Shown: piece by piece, positions 41,618 to 50,600 of the stretch | Numbering within the stretch: the first letter of the stretch is position 1 | How the letters are laid out: the number at the start of each line of letters is the position of its first letter | From: an uncultured virus (IMG/VR IMGVR_UViG_3300025325_000016) | Lineage: Duplodnaviria > Heunggongvirae > Uroviricota > Caudoviricetes | Reading direction: 5' to 3' (one strand) | Virus record (IMG/VR): IMGVR_UViG_3300025325_000016 | Length of the DNA: 64,000 bases | Position numbers and translations under genes: made by a program | Notes under the pieces: generated by a model | Told to the model about the DNA's origin: nothing | Databases searched by the model: none | The model's input: the letters and a program-made list of their open reading frames with translations, nothing else

Positions 41618-42164
41618 CCATATCGTCCCGATGCTGATCGACCGGATCGTCGAGGGTCTCATCCAGGTGTGTATCACCAATGTGCCTCACTTAGATCCCA
41701 CTAGAATCTCAGAAGTCAAGGCGGGCCGGTACCAGCAAGACCCCAACACGGCGGCTCTCAGGCTGTCCGTGCAAGGGGGCGACCTGGAGGAGCCCGACCT
41801 GATGGATGGCATCGTGACGCTGAAGGAAGGCCAGAATAGCCGGGTCGGTTTCACCATCGAGCCCCGAGAAATCGGTGGATCTCAGATGTGGTACCGCAGG
41901 GGAACCGTTCGCATGGAGCTGTTCTTTATCGTCGAGGGGTACGTCGAGGAAGTAGCACGAGAATACGCTTACACGATCCTGGGGCGCATCCAGAGCAACA
42001 TAGAAGGTTTCTACGTCGCAGACCTACATGATGACTTCGGGGAGCATGCTGTCAAGCTCTTCCATACGCAAAACTCCATCTATCAGTCGGGTGGGCCCCC
42101 GTCGAGCTACCTCTGGCGAGGCAAGTTGATTTGGGAATGCCTGACCGAGCGAGAGTGGAACTAA
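41610..42164 (+). CDS. neck / tail-terminator protein
   Basis: Position before the tail tube gene and size. Confidence 0.5.
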   Translation: MANHIVPMLIDRIVEGLIQVCITNVPHLDPTRISEVKAGRYQQDPNTAALRLSVQGGDLEEPDLMDGIVTLKEGQNSRVGFTIEPREIGGSQMWYRRGTVRMELFFIVEGYVEEVAREYAYTILGRIQSNIEGFYVADLHDDFGEHAVKLFHTQNSIYQSGGPPSSYLWRGKLIWECLTEREWN

Positions 42165-42185
42165 TGATGAAGATGAGGTGATGAA

Positions 42186-43268
42186 ATGGCTGTTACTGCT
42201 CAAGCTGGTATTTTCGGCTTTGGCGCCCAAGGAGCGATGGAACAACCGGCAACCGAGTTCTTCCGGCATAAGGCTACGCTCATTGACTTGGGCATTCTCG
42301 ATGACATCCGGGTAGGGCCGCTTGAAATCGGCTCTGGCCCGTTCCCAACCTTCCCTTATAAGGCAGGTTTTATCGTCGGCGGCGGCGTGGAAATCCAGCC
42401 CCGCCTTGAGGACAGTCTCGGCTGGTTGCTCTATGCGGCCCTCGGAGACCACTCCGTTTCTGGCCCCGTGGATGCTGTGTACACGCACGTCTTCGTCCCG
42501 CTGGAGGCAGACAAGTCCTACGTCAGATGGCTGTCGCTGCGCAAGTACATCCCCCGTAAAGAGGGTGATGCGGCGACCGACATCGGCGAGCTGTACCTGG
42601 ACTGCAAGCCTGTTTCCTTGACGCTGACGCTGCCGAACGATGCTCCGATCACTGCCCGGTGGGACTTCATGGGCCGTGACTTCGAGCTGGTCGACGACGT
42701 AAGCGGCTGGACGTGGGAAAACGAGTACGAGGACTGGGGCTCTATCCCGGTGGGCTGTGAGCTTGGCGGCTTTATCAAGTTCACGGGCGGCGGGTTGACG
42801 GACGAGGAGCTGCCAATCGTCGGCGCTCGGGTCACGTTCGCCAACCAGAACCTGGATATCCGCCAGGAGAAGGTGTACGGTTCGCCCTCTCTTGAGGACA
42901 TCACGATCATCCAGCGCCAGATCACGTTCGATGTCACGGTCAAATGGAATGACCCGCAGGTGTACAAGGCGATCCTGACCGGATCGATCTCGGGCTCCGA
43001 GTGGTCTTCGCGGCCCATGACCGGCAGCCTGGATATTGCGATGGTTGGTACTGCCCTGGCAGGAACGTCCCTGAGCCAGAAGTTCCAGCTCAACATCACG
43101 GCTGAGGAAGTCATGTGGCAGATGAACGGCCCGATCCAGCTCGCCGGTGGACAGGCCATCATGATGAGGTTTACCGGTACGGCCCTTGAGCCAGCATCGG
43201 GTGACTACGCAACGTTCACATTGAAGAACGAGGCGGTCACCTACGCCTGGCCTGCAGCCGGCTCGTAA
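42186..43268 (+). CDS. tail tube (major tail) protein
   Basis: Beta-rich 360 aa; LGWLLYAALG...YTHVF and RQITFDVTV patterns typical of tail tubes. Confidence 0.75.
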   Translation: MAVTAQAGIFGFGAQGAMEQPATEFFRHKATLIDLGILDDIRVGPLEIGSGPFPTFPYKAGFIVGGGVEIQPRLEDSLGWLLYAALGDHSVSGPVDAVYTHVFVPLEADKSYVRWLSLRKYIPRKEGDAATDIGELYLDCKPVSLTLTLPNDAPITARWDFMGRDFELVDDVSGWTWENEYEDWGSIPVGCELGGFIKFTGGGLTDEELPIVGARVTFANQNLDIRQEKVYGSPSLEDITIIQRQITFDVTVKWNDPQVYKAILTGSISGSEWSSRPMTGSLDIAMVGTALAGTSLSQKFQLNITAEEVMWQMNGPIQLAGGQAIMMRFTGTALEPASGDYATFTLKNEAVTYAWPAAGS

Positions 43269-43284
43269 GAGATCTCCTGCACCA

Positions 43285-43316
43285 GAGATGGCCTCAGACA
43301 CGTCTGAGGCCATCTC
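43285..43316. repeat. dispersed palindrome copy (core 43293-43308) extended to 15-bp arms
   Basis: GAGATGGCCTCAGAC-AC-GTCTGAGGCCATCTC, between the tail tube gene and the glycan cassette. Confidence 0.95.
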
Positions 43317-43328
43317 GTCCGGAGAAGA

Positions 43329-44444
43329 ATGTCAGCATATGCACCCATCGCACGCACGAAGTTATACGGAATGCCTCCAGACTTCTTTGCAAGACGGACG
43401 CATTTTGTCGACCACCTGGCCCCTATCTGGAATGAGCTCAACGGCCATAAAGAAAAGGGCATATTCTATGTACCCAGGTACCTGTACGAGTATGCCAGAG
43501 ACAGGGGTCTAAAAGTCCAGGCCATCCCGCCAAGGGCTGGCCGGAAAGATATCAATGTGCGTCCTCCGGGTAATGGGCCGCTGGTCGCCTGTGCCTATAA
43601 CGACATGGAGCAAGGCTATTTGTCTTATGCCCAACGCCCATTGATCTTGATGGAGCATGGGGTTGGCCTGAGTTTCGGCCATCCCGGGTATGGCGGGGGA
43701 ATAGGACTGCGCAAGCGGGTCTGCCTGTTTCTTGCGCCAAACCAGAACATTTACAACAAGACATCAGGCGTGTTTCCGGAAGCGCCGCAAGTCATCATCG
43801 GCACCCCTAAGATGGATGCCTATCAGCCCGTGATGCCGGTAAAAAAAGAAAACCCGGTGATCGGCATTTCCTTTCATTGGAATGGCAAGCACGTGTGTCC
43901 CGAAGCGGGCAACGCCCTGGATCACTACCTGGAGATCCTGCCGGAGCTGGCAGCCAGGTTTACACTGGTGGGACACGGGCACCCCAAGATTATCGACAAG
44001 CTCATCCCGATTTACCAGAACTGCGGGATCACTACGATAGAGCGGGACTTCAGCAAGGTCTTAGAGATGTGCGACATCTACATCAACGATGCCTCCAGCA
44101 CCCTGTACGAGTTTTCCTGTACCGGCAAACCGGTCATCATCTTGAATGCGCCCTGGTTTCGCCGGGACGTCCATCATGGTATCCGCTTCTGGCAGTACAT
44201 CGATATCGGCGTCAACGTGGACGATCCTGCGCAGCTCATCCCGGCAGTCAAGAAGACGATCGCCAATCCTGCGCAGTTTTACAAGCAGCGCCTCAAGATG
44301 GTCGAGGATCTATATCCCTATATCGGCTGCTCTGCGAAACGGGCAGCACAGGCAATCACAACCTTTCTGAGGAGTAAATACAATGGAACAGCTTTTGACT
44401 CTGAGCAGATATCCGGAACTTTGCGAGCTGCTATCCGGAGCTAA
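43329..44444 (+). CDS. CDP-glycerol glycerophosphotransferase (TagB/TagF)-like GT-B enzyme
   Basis: EHG, IGTPKMD, GHPK, INDASSTLYEF...GKPVIILN. Confidence 0.7.
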   Translation: MSAYAPIARTKLYGMPPDFFARRTHFVDHLAPIWNELNGHKEKGIFYVPRYLYEYARDRGLKVQAIPPRAGRKDINVRPPGNGPLVACAYNDMEQGYLSYAQRPLILMEHGVGLSFGHPGYGGGIGLRKRVCLFLAPNQNIYNKTSGVFPEAPQVIIGTPKMDAYQPVMPVKKENPVIGISFHWNGKHVCPEAGNALDHYLEILPELAARFTLVGHGHPKIIDKLIPIYQNCGITTIERDFSKVLEMCDIYINDASSTLYEFSCTGKPVIILNAPWFRRDVHHGIRFWQYIDIGVNVDDPAQLIPAVKKTIANPAQFYKQRLKMVEDLYPYIGCSAKRAAQAITTFLRSKYNGTAFDSEQISGTLRAAIRS

Positions 44445-44997
44445 CGGCAAGAAGGACGGCATCAGCAACACCGAGATCCTGCATCTTTCCTGGTTGGGCG
44501 CTCATGTCCCGGTTGGGGGCGACATCATCGATGTCGGCTCTCATATGGGGAAGAGCGCCTGCGCAATGGGGTCTGGCGCTCTGCAGATGGGCAACTGGAA
44601 GGCCCGGTTGTTCGCTATCGACCTGTGGACTTCGGGCACCACCAACTATGCCCACCAGCGTACTCTGGAAGCTTACGAGACTTTCCAGAGGCAGGTCGCA
44701 CAGATGGGCCTGGAGAAGATGGTCAGGGGCCTGATGGCTAGCAGCATAGCTGCTGCCAGCAAGCGGGGCAAGCCCATCCACCTGCTCTTCATCGACGCCA
44801 GTCATAAGTACCCGGATGTCTTGGCCGACTACAACGCCTGGAGCAGGTTCATCCCGAGTGGTGGGAGGATCGCTTTCCACGACTACAACACCCGCTTTAC
44901 CGGTGTACAGAAAGCTATCGACGAGAAAGTAGTTCCGTCCGGGCTCTGGAGAGACTATCGTGTCTACGACCACATCTGGAGCGCAACCCGCATCTAA
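44383..44997 (+). CDS. class I SAM-dependent methyltransferase (Methyltransf_24-like)
   Basis: IDVGSHMGKS, AIDLW, LLFIDASHKY, GGRIAFHDY. Confidence 0.85.
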   Translation: MEQLLTLSRYPELCELLSGANGKKDGISNTEILHLSWLGAHVPVGGDIIDVGSHMGKSACAMGSGALQMGNWKARLFAIDLWTSGTTNYAHQRTLEAYETFQRQVAQMGLEKMVRGLMASSIAAASKRGKPIHLLFIDASHKYPDVLADYNAWSRFIPSGGRIAFHDYNTRFTGVQKAIDEKVVPSGLWRDYRVYDHIWSATRI

Positions 44998-45697
44998 GGC
45001 CGGGGTGATGTACATGGCTTTCGGGGAACGCAGCCTGAAGGCCGCTATCAATAGCTATCACAGTTTACTGCAGTTCTGCCATTTCCCGGCTGTCATCGTT
45101 GGCGACTATCCGACCGACGAGATCCCGCACATCCCCTGGACGGGCGAAACGCCCTGGCAGAACGACGAGCCGATAGGCCAACGCTTCTATGCAGGCCGGG
45201 TCAAGCCGTTTTTCTACCGGCTGTCTCCGTTTGAGAAAACGCTCTACCTGGACGCCGACACGGAGATCTATCGGGATATCACCCCTGGTTTTGACCTCCT
45301 GGATAAATGGGATATCTGCATCGCAGACGATCCTCGCACGCTGGAGAGCACCTTCAGGGTATCCAAGCAGGGGCCTCGTTGGGACTGGATCAGGGAACAG
45401 CGGGACTTTACTCATAACTATATCGGCAAGGCCAGCAACCCGCAGATCAACACCGGCGTGATCTTCTTCAGGAAGAGCGTCGGATCTGGTATCTTCTTCA
45501 CCGACTGGTACCGTGAGTGGATGAAGTTTCCCCGGTGGGATGAGCAGATGCCTTTCATGCGAGCCGAACACAACTGCAGGGCGACCAAGATTTATCATCT
45601 GCCGACTATCTGGAATACCAATAGCGCAGACCGCCACGACAAGATTATCTATCATATGTGGGGTCTGCAGAAAGCGAGAGACCTGTATGCTGACTGA
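44960..45697 (+). CDS. GT-A glycosyltransferase (GT8/nucleotide-diphospho-sugar transferase-like)
   Basis: TLYLDADT (DxD), INTGVIFF, DEQ, LPTIWN, IYH. True start probably near 45008. Confidence 0.8.
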   Translation: MSTTTSGAQPASKAGVMYMAFGERSLKAAINSYHSLLQFCHFPAVIVGDYPTDEIPHIPWTGETPWQNDEPIGQRFYAGRVKPFFYRLSPFEKTLYLDADTEIYRDITPGFDLLDKWDICIADDPRTLESTFRVSKQGPRWDWIREQRDFTHNYIGKASNPQINTGVIFFRKSVGSGIFFTDWYREWMKFPRWDEQMPFMRAEHNCRATKIYHLPTIWNTNSADRHDKIIYHMWGLQKARDLYAD

Positions 45698-46268
45698 CGT
45701 CTTTAATGATATCTATAGACGCAACTTATGGAAGTCTGAGGAGAGCCGCTCGGGGAGAGGGGCCGAGTTCGCTGCTACTGAGAACGTGCGCAAGATGCTG
45801 CCGGTCTTGATCGACTTTTTATCCATTACATCCATCCTGGACGCCAGTTGTGGGGATTTCAACTGGATGCAGCATATGAATCTGGAGATCCCCTATTATG
45901 GGTGCGATATCGTCCAGGAGCTGGTCGACCAGAACAATGCCAGGTACGGCAACCCGAACCGTCATTTTGTCCAGGCCGATATCACCCATGACCAGTTGCA
46001 GAACGTAAATCTTATCCTGTGTCGCTGCACCCTGTATCACCTGAGCTTCAAAGACATCTTTGCCGTCTTGAGTAACTTCAGAAAGAATACCGCCCGGTAT
46101 CTGCTGCTCACCAATATGCCCAAAGTTACCATGAACACCGACATCAAGAGCGGGGGGTACCGCAGGCTTAATCTGGATCTCGAACCTTTCAACCTGGGGC
46201 CGATCATGTTCTATTTTTGGGACGCTCCGGGCACCAACGAAGTCTTAGCCCTCTACAGGAATAAATAA
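45687..46268 (+). CDS. class I SAM-dependent methyltransferase
   Basis: FNDIY..NLW...SGRG, ILDASCGDFNW, YYGCDIV, LILCR..LYHL. Confidence 0.8.
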   Translation: MLTDVFNDIYRRNLWKSEESRSGRGAEFAATENVRKMLPVLIDFLSITSILDASCGDFNWMQHMNLEIPYYGCDIVQELVDQNNARYGNPNRHFVQADITHDQLQNVNLILCRCTLYHLSFKDIFAVLSNFRKNTARYLLLTNMPKVTMNTDIKSGGYRRLNLDLEPFNLGPIMFYFWDAPGTNEVLALYRNK

Positions 46269-46269
46269 A

Positions 46270-46950
46270 ATGGCACACCGCCATATGGTCTTGAACCCGA
46301 ATAACCTCAAACTCAAGTTCACAGACCCGGACTGGACGGATAACTTTGTCCTCAACGAGATCGACAAGGACTATTGTTTCGATGACCTGAACTTAGGCCC
46401 AGGCGATCTGGTCGTCGACGTGGGCGCCCATACCGGCGTGGTGAGCATGACTCTTGCAAAAAAGTACGGCTGCAGCGTGCAGTCCTATGAACCGGCGCCT
46501 TTCAACTTCGATCGGCTGGTCAAAAATGTCGTGCTTAACAATTTACAGCACCTGATCTTGCCGTTTAATTTAGCCGTGACAAAAGACGGTAGAGATGTTA
46601 CAATCGGGGATAATCCGCTAAATTGGGGTGGAAACAATATTTACGGCGGTGGCACGCCAGTCCGTTCGACAACTCTAAAGGATATCATCACCGGGCCGGT
46701 CTCTTTGCTCAAGATTGACGCAGAGCAAGCCGAATTTGAGATCTTAGAGGATCTCGCTCCCCTAAAGTGGGTCAAAGCTATCCGGGGCGAATTTCATGGG
46801 CACAAGACCGGCGATATAGAGGCCCTGCTCGCACATGTGCTGAAGGCTGTCCCAAATACCAGGGTGATAATGCACAAGTCATGGGCGCTGCGAAATGCAG
46901 AGCAGGAACAAAGGAGAGTCTTAAATGCCAGGAAAGGTATCACCACCTGA
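46270..46950 (+). CDS. FkbM-family methyltransferase
   Basis: VVDVGAHTG, YEP, LLKIDAEQAEFEIL, GEFH. Confidence 0.85.
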   Translation: MAHRHMVLNPNNLKLKFTDPDWTDNFVLNEIDKDYCFDDLNLGPGDLVVDVGAHTGVVSMTLAKKYGCSVQSYEPAPFNFDRLVKNVVLNNLQHLILPFNLAVTKDGRDVTIGDNPLNWGGNNIYGGGTPVRSTTLKDIITGPVSLLKIDAEQAEFEILEDLAPLKWVKAIRGEFHGHKTGDIEALLAHVLKAVPNTRVIMHKSWALRNAEQEQRRVLNARKGITT

Positions 46951-46966
46951 AACCAAGGAATACAGG

Positions 46967-47392
46967 ATGGAGCTCTTAGATGAGCGCCAGGGCGTCCCGA
47001 CTGACGAGGCGACGACCGTCACGGTTCGCCTCGCCACGGTCAGACAGAACGCTGTGCGCAGCCGCCTGTTTTCCGAGTACATCCGAGAGCTTGCCACCGA
47101 TGGAGGCAGAGAGCGGGTCATCTTCAAGCTGCCGCTCTATGACCTGATCACCGAAGAGGTATACCTTACTCTGGTGGGATGCAACATGACAACTGCTGAC
47201 GGCACCAAGCCGCTTTTCAGGTTCAAGAATGGCCCCAACGGGCTTTTTATGGACATGACCCGTGACCAGTTTGAAGAGGCATGGGGCACGCTTGATGACG
47301 ATACTGCAGCCGAAATTCATTCAAAAGTCCTGGAACTGAACTCGCACTGGATCATGGGTGCGACGCTGGAGGACGTGAACCAGGGGGAATAA
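46967..47392 (+). CDS. tail assembly chaperone (gpG-like)
   Basis: Position before the TMP; ends at a slippery GGGGGAA just before TAA. Confidence 0.7.
   Translation: MELLDERQGVPTDEATTVTVRLATVRQNAVRSRLFSEYIRELATDGGRERVIFKLPLYDLITEEVYLTLVGCNMTTADGTKPLFRFKNGPNGLFMDMTRDQFEEAWGTLDDDTAAEIHSKVLELNSHWIMGATLEDVNQGE
47383..47389 (+). other. programmed -1 ribosomal frameshift site G GGG GAA
   Basis: The -1 frame is open from here into ORF 47407-47673. Confidence 0.75.
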
Positions 47393-47406
47393 GGCTGTCT
47401 CACGAG

Positions 47407-47673
47407 ATGGAAGAGCTCAAGACCATCTTGTGGGACTACTACGGGCAGTTGAATGAACTCAGGCTGAATATCAAGATCAAGCCTGAAGATAGAGTCTGGA
47501 AGCCCGAAGCCCTGATCCGCTACGATCAGGCACGGGATTTAGGCATCCCGTATGTTGCTGGTGGACTGATGGATCAGCCTTATTACTGGATGCAGGAGCA
47601 CGGCATAATCGCGCAGTTCTTAAGAGAATGGAAAGCTGTCGAGGCGATGCAGAGCCAGTCTGCCGGAGAATAA
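47407..47673 (+). CDS. tail assembly chaperone extension (gpT-like)
   Basis: In the -1 frame relative to the upstream chaperone; PY..GGLMDQP motif. Confidence 0.7.
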   Translation: MEELKTILWDYYGQLNELRLNIKIKPEDRVWKPEALIRYDQARDLGIPYVAGGLMDQPYYWMQEHGIIAQFLREWKAVEAMQSQSAGE

Positions 47674-47676
47674 GTC

Positions 47677-50600
47677 ATGCCAGCTAACTTTCAGAGGCCG
47701 TCAGGCAACCAGTTCGGCGAGTATCTCGGCGAGCTGCTCGGGTCTGACTATAACGTTACCTACATAGAACGCAGAACGGCCAAGGGGGAAGTCGACCCGA
47801 CGACCAGCTTCTTCCATATTACGCAGACTAAGGCCGGGGGGCAACTAGCCACTAATCTAAAAATCAATCTCGGCCAGCCCTCAGACTTCACCACCGATTA
47901 TGGCGGGCGCATGCAGCGGGGCAGAGAATATGCGCCCGAGATCCTGACCCGCAAGGGTACCAGCGGATATGTGGTCGGTGGTACCTGGGAGAGCACCTAC
48001 GTGCCTGTCCTGGCCCAGGGACAGAAACGGGGCTGGAAGGGAAGAATCCCCGACTATACCGTCCAGCAGACGTTGAGGAGCCCGACCGAAAGCCTTGCCA
48101 CTCTTATTCATACAGGCTTCGAAGAAACCCGCCAGGAGATCCAGCAAGGCAACCGGGGGGCTAACGTCCAGTCCAAGATTACCAATCTACTGGCCGAAGG
48201 GTCTGGCGAGAAGGCGGACTTCAGCGTACCGGCTGGCGCTCTCTTGATGATGCCTCAGGACAGATTAGCGACCCGGCGTGCTGCCGCCCGGTCTATCCAG
48301 ATGGTCGATGTCTATAATACCGGATCGGGTATCCCGGAACTTGAGCAGCGCAGCCGTATTCAGGAAAGCCGGATTAGGGCTATCGAGACCTACGAGAGCC
48401 TCAGGCCCACCGCAACCGGCGAGCCCGAGATCACGCAGCTCTTCAAGCAGGCAGGCTACGGCCCTGACCGGGATAACGTCTCCCGGATGGTGCCTTATTT
48501 CCAGGCTTCTCGCAATGTGATCAACGCCATTACCGGGGTGTCCGAGACCCAGGGCTACCTGCCGAGCGAGAAAGCGGCCAAGCACCGTACCATCCTGGAG
48601 ACCGGCAGGCAGACAGTCAGCCTGCTCGGGCCCGGCATGGAAGAGATCCAGCCTACGGCTATCCCTTACCGGGGGTCGACCAGTGGATACCGGACGACCA
48701 CCGCCGATGTAGGTGGACGCATTCCGGAACGCTCGCTCGTCTTGGGCACACTCTTCTCACCGCAGTACCCTGTCCCAGGCGCAGGTATGTACTTCCCGGA
48801 GACCACCGGTCTCAACGTCAAATCAGCCGGGTACTTCAAGCAGCCCAGCTATCCCCTGACCGAGAACGTCTCGGATCTTATTTCGGGGAAGACGGCCATC
48901 AAGCTCGGCCAGGAGACCGGCGCAGAAGTTCCCTCAAACGTCAAGTTTACCTATGCCCGCATCAAGACGTCTCAATCGGAGGACTTTATCGACCTGCAGG
49001 AGCGCATGGGTTCGTCCAGCTTCACGGTCGGCGAGCAGCAACTGCGCATCCCAAAGTATTACAACAAGACCACCGGCCTGGGCGCCGAGTACGACGAAGC
49101 TCGCATTGCCTCGAAAGAGCTTAGAGAGGTCACCCCAAAGGATGTCCAGGAGCTGACCCGCCGCATGGGTGGCGTCCCGATCGTCATGGACGAGACTATT
49201 GACCGGGTGTTCCTGGAGCAATCGGGCTTCTCCAAAGTAGGCGCTAAGGTCGCCATCTCTGGCCTTAAGTCCGATATCGTTCCCTATGCCGGTTCGCCTA
49301 GTTTCAAAGTGGCCGAGGCCGGGGTGGGCGAGCGGGAACTGCCGGTGTCCATGCTTACCTGGGAGACCAAGAGCATGGCCGAGACGATGATCACGTCCCT
49401 GGGGGCCATGCCAGCCCGGTCGCAAATGGAGATGCTCAACGCCTATGCCCGATCCCTCAGACAGTCTGAGGCTGCTGCTAAGGACGCAGAGCAGGCCAGG
49501 ATACTTGGAGCGCAGGCAGAGGGCGTCAAGCTGTTCATGGGCGAGGTCAAAGCTGCTCGTGCGCAAGACCCGAATGCCAGGATGGATATCGACCAACTGG
49601 CGGGTGGCTACCTGCAGATGCCAGCGCATGAGGTTGGCCGGGATATCCTGCAGCGTGTCCTTTTGGGCGGGAGAACGGTCGAGCAGTTCGGGCAGATGAC
49701 CGAACCTGAACTGGAGGAGTTTGCCGCCTCTAAAGAGAACCGCCGCAACCTGATCCGCTATGGGATGGGCTATGTCAGCTCTCAAATGACCGAGCCTATT
49801 ACCACTATGTGGGACGAGAGCCAGGTCGGGGTGATGCGGGAAAGCTATGTCACTGCGGCAATGGACAAAGAGGGCGCCGCTAGCATGGGTATTTCCAGGA
49901 TGCGCTCTCGCAAAGCTGCTGAAGCTTCGTTCTATCAGACTTACGGCTTTGACCCTGTAAATGTGGTCGAGGGAAAAAGAGCACAGACCTTCCGACCCAA
50001 GGGCTTTTATATGCCGGTGGTGGCAGGCCCGGTGGCAGAGTTTCCCGGTGGGGGCGTGCTCGGTGCGGAAGAGCTGGCCCTGGTCAACCGGCTGTCTCCC
50101 GGCTTTGCCAACCGCCTGGGCGTCTCCCTGACGGATATCACCAGTGGGGGTGCTCTGGCTCGCTCCCTGCAGCAGAACGATGCCAACTTCAGAATAAGAA
50201 ATCCGGCAAGATGGGCGCAGGCTCAGGCAGCTTCCCTTGCCATGATCGAGACTGCCAGGGGCACTGCCCGGATTGACTTGCCAGAGTCTACGACGATCAC
50301 CGGACAGGCAGCTCAGAGGATGCTGGACGATCCAGAGATGCAGAAGGTCTTAGGGCGTGAGGGCGCCAACTTAGCAGGCTTAGGTAGGTTCAAAGAGCTA
50401 TTGCCTACCTATTTTCCGGACGTGAAACCCGAGGACGTGCTGCGCCGCCCAATACAGTTCGAACCGGCCAAGGGCCACTATATCCCATCTCCGGAGGCGA
50501 TCTCTACGATGGCGACCGAGGACGTTGCCACGATGACCGAGCAGCAGCGCACCGGCGAGGACGTGACCCGTACCTGGGATATGTACCAGCAAGCTTTCCA

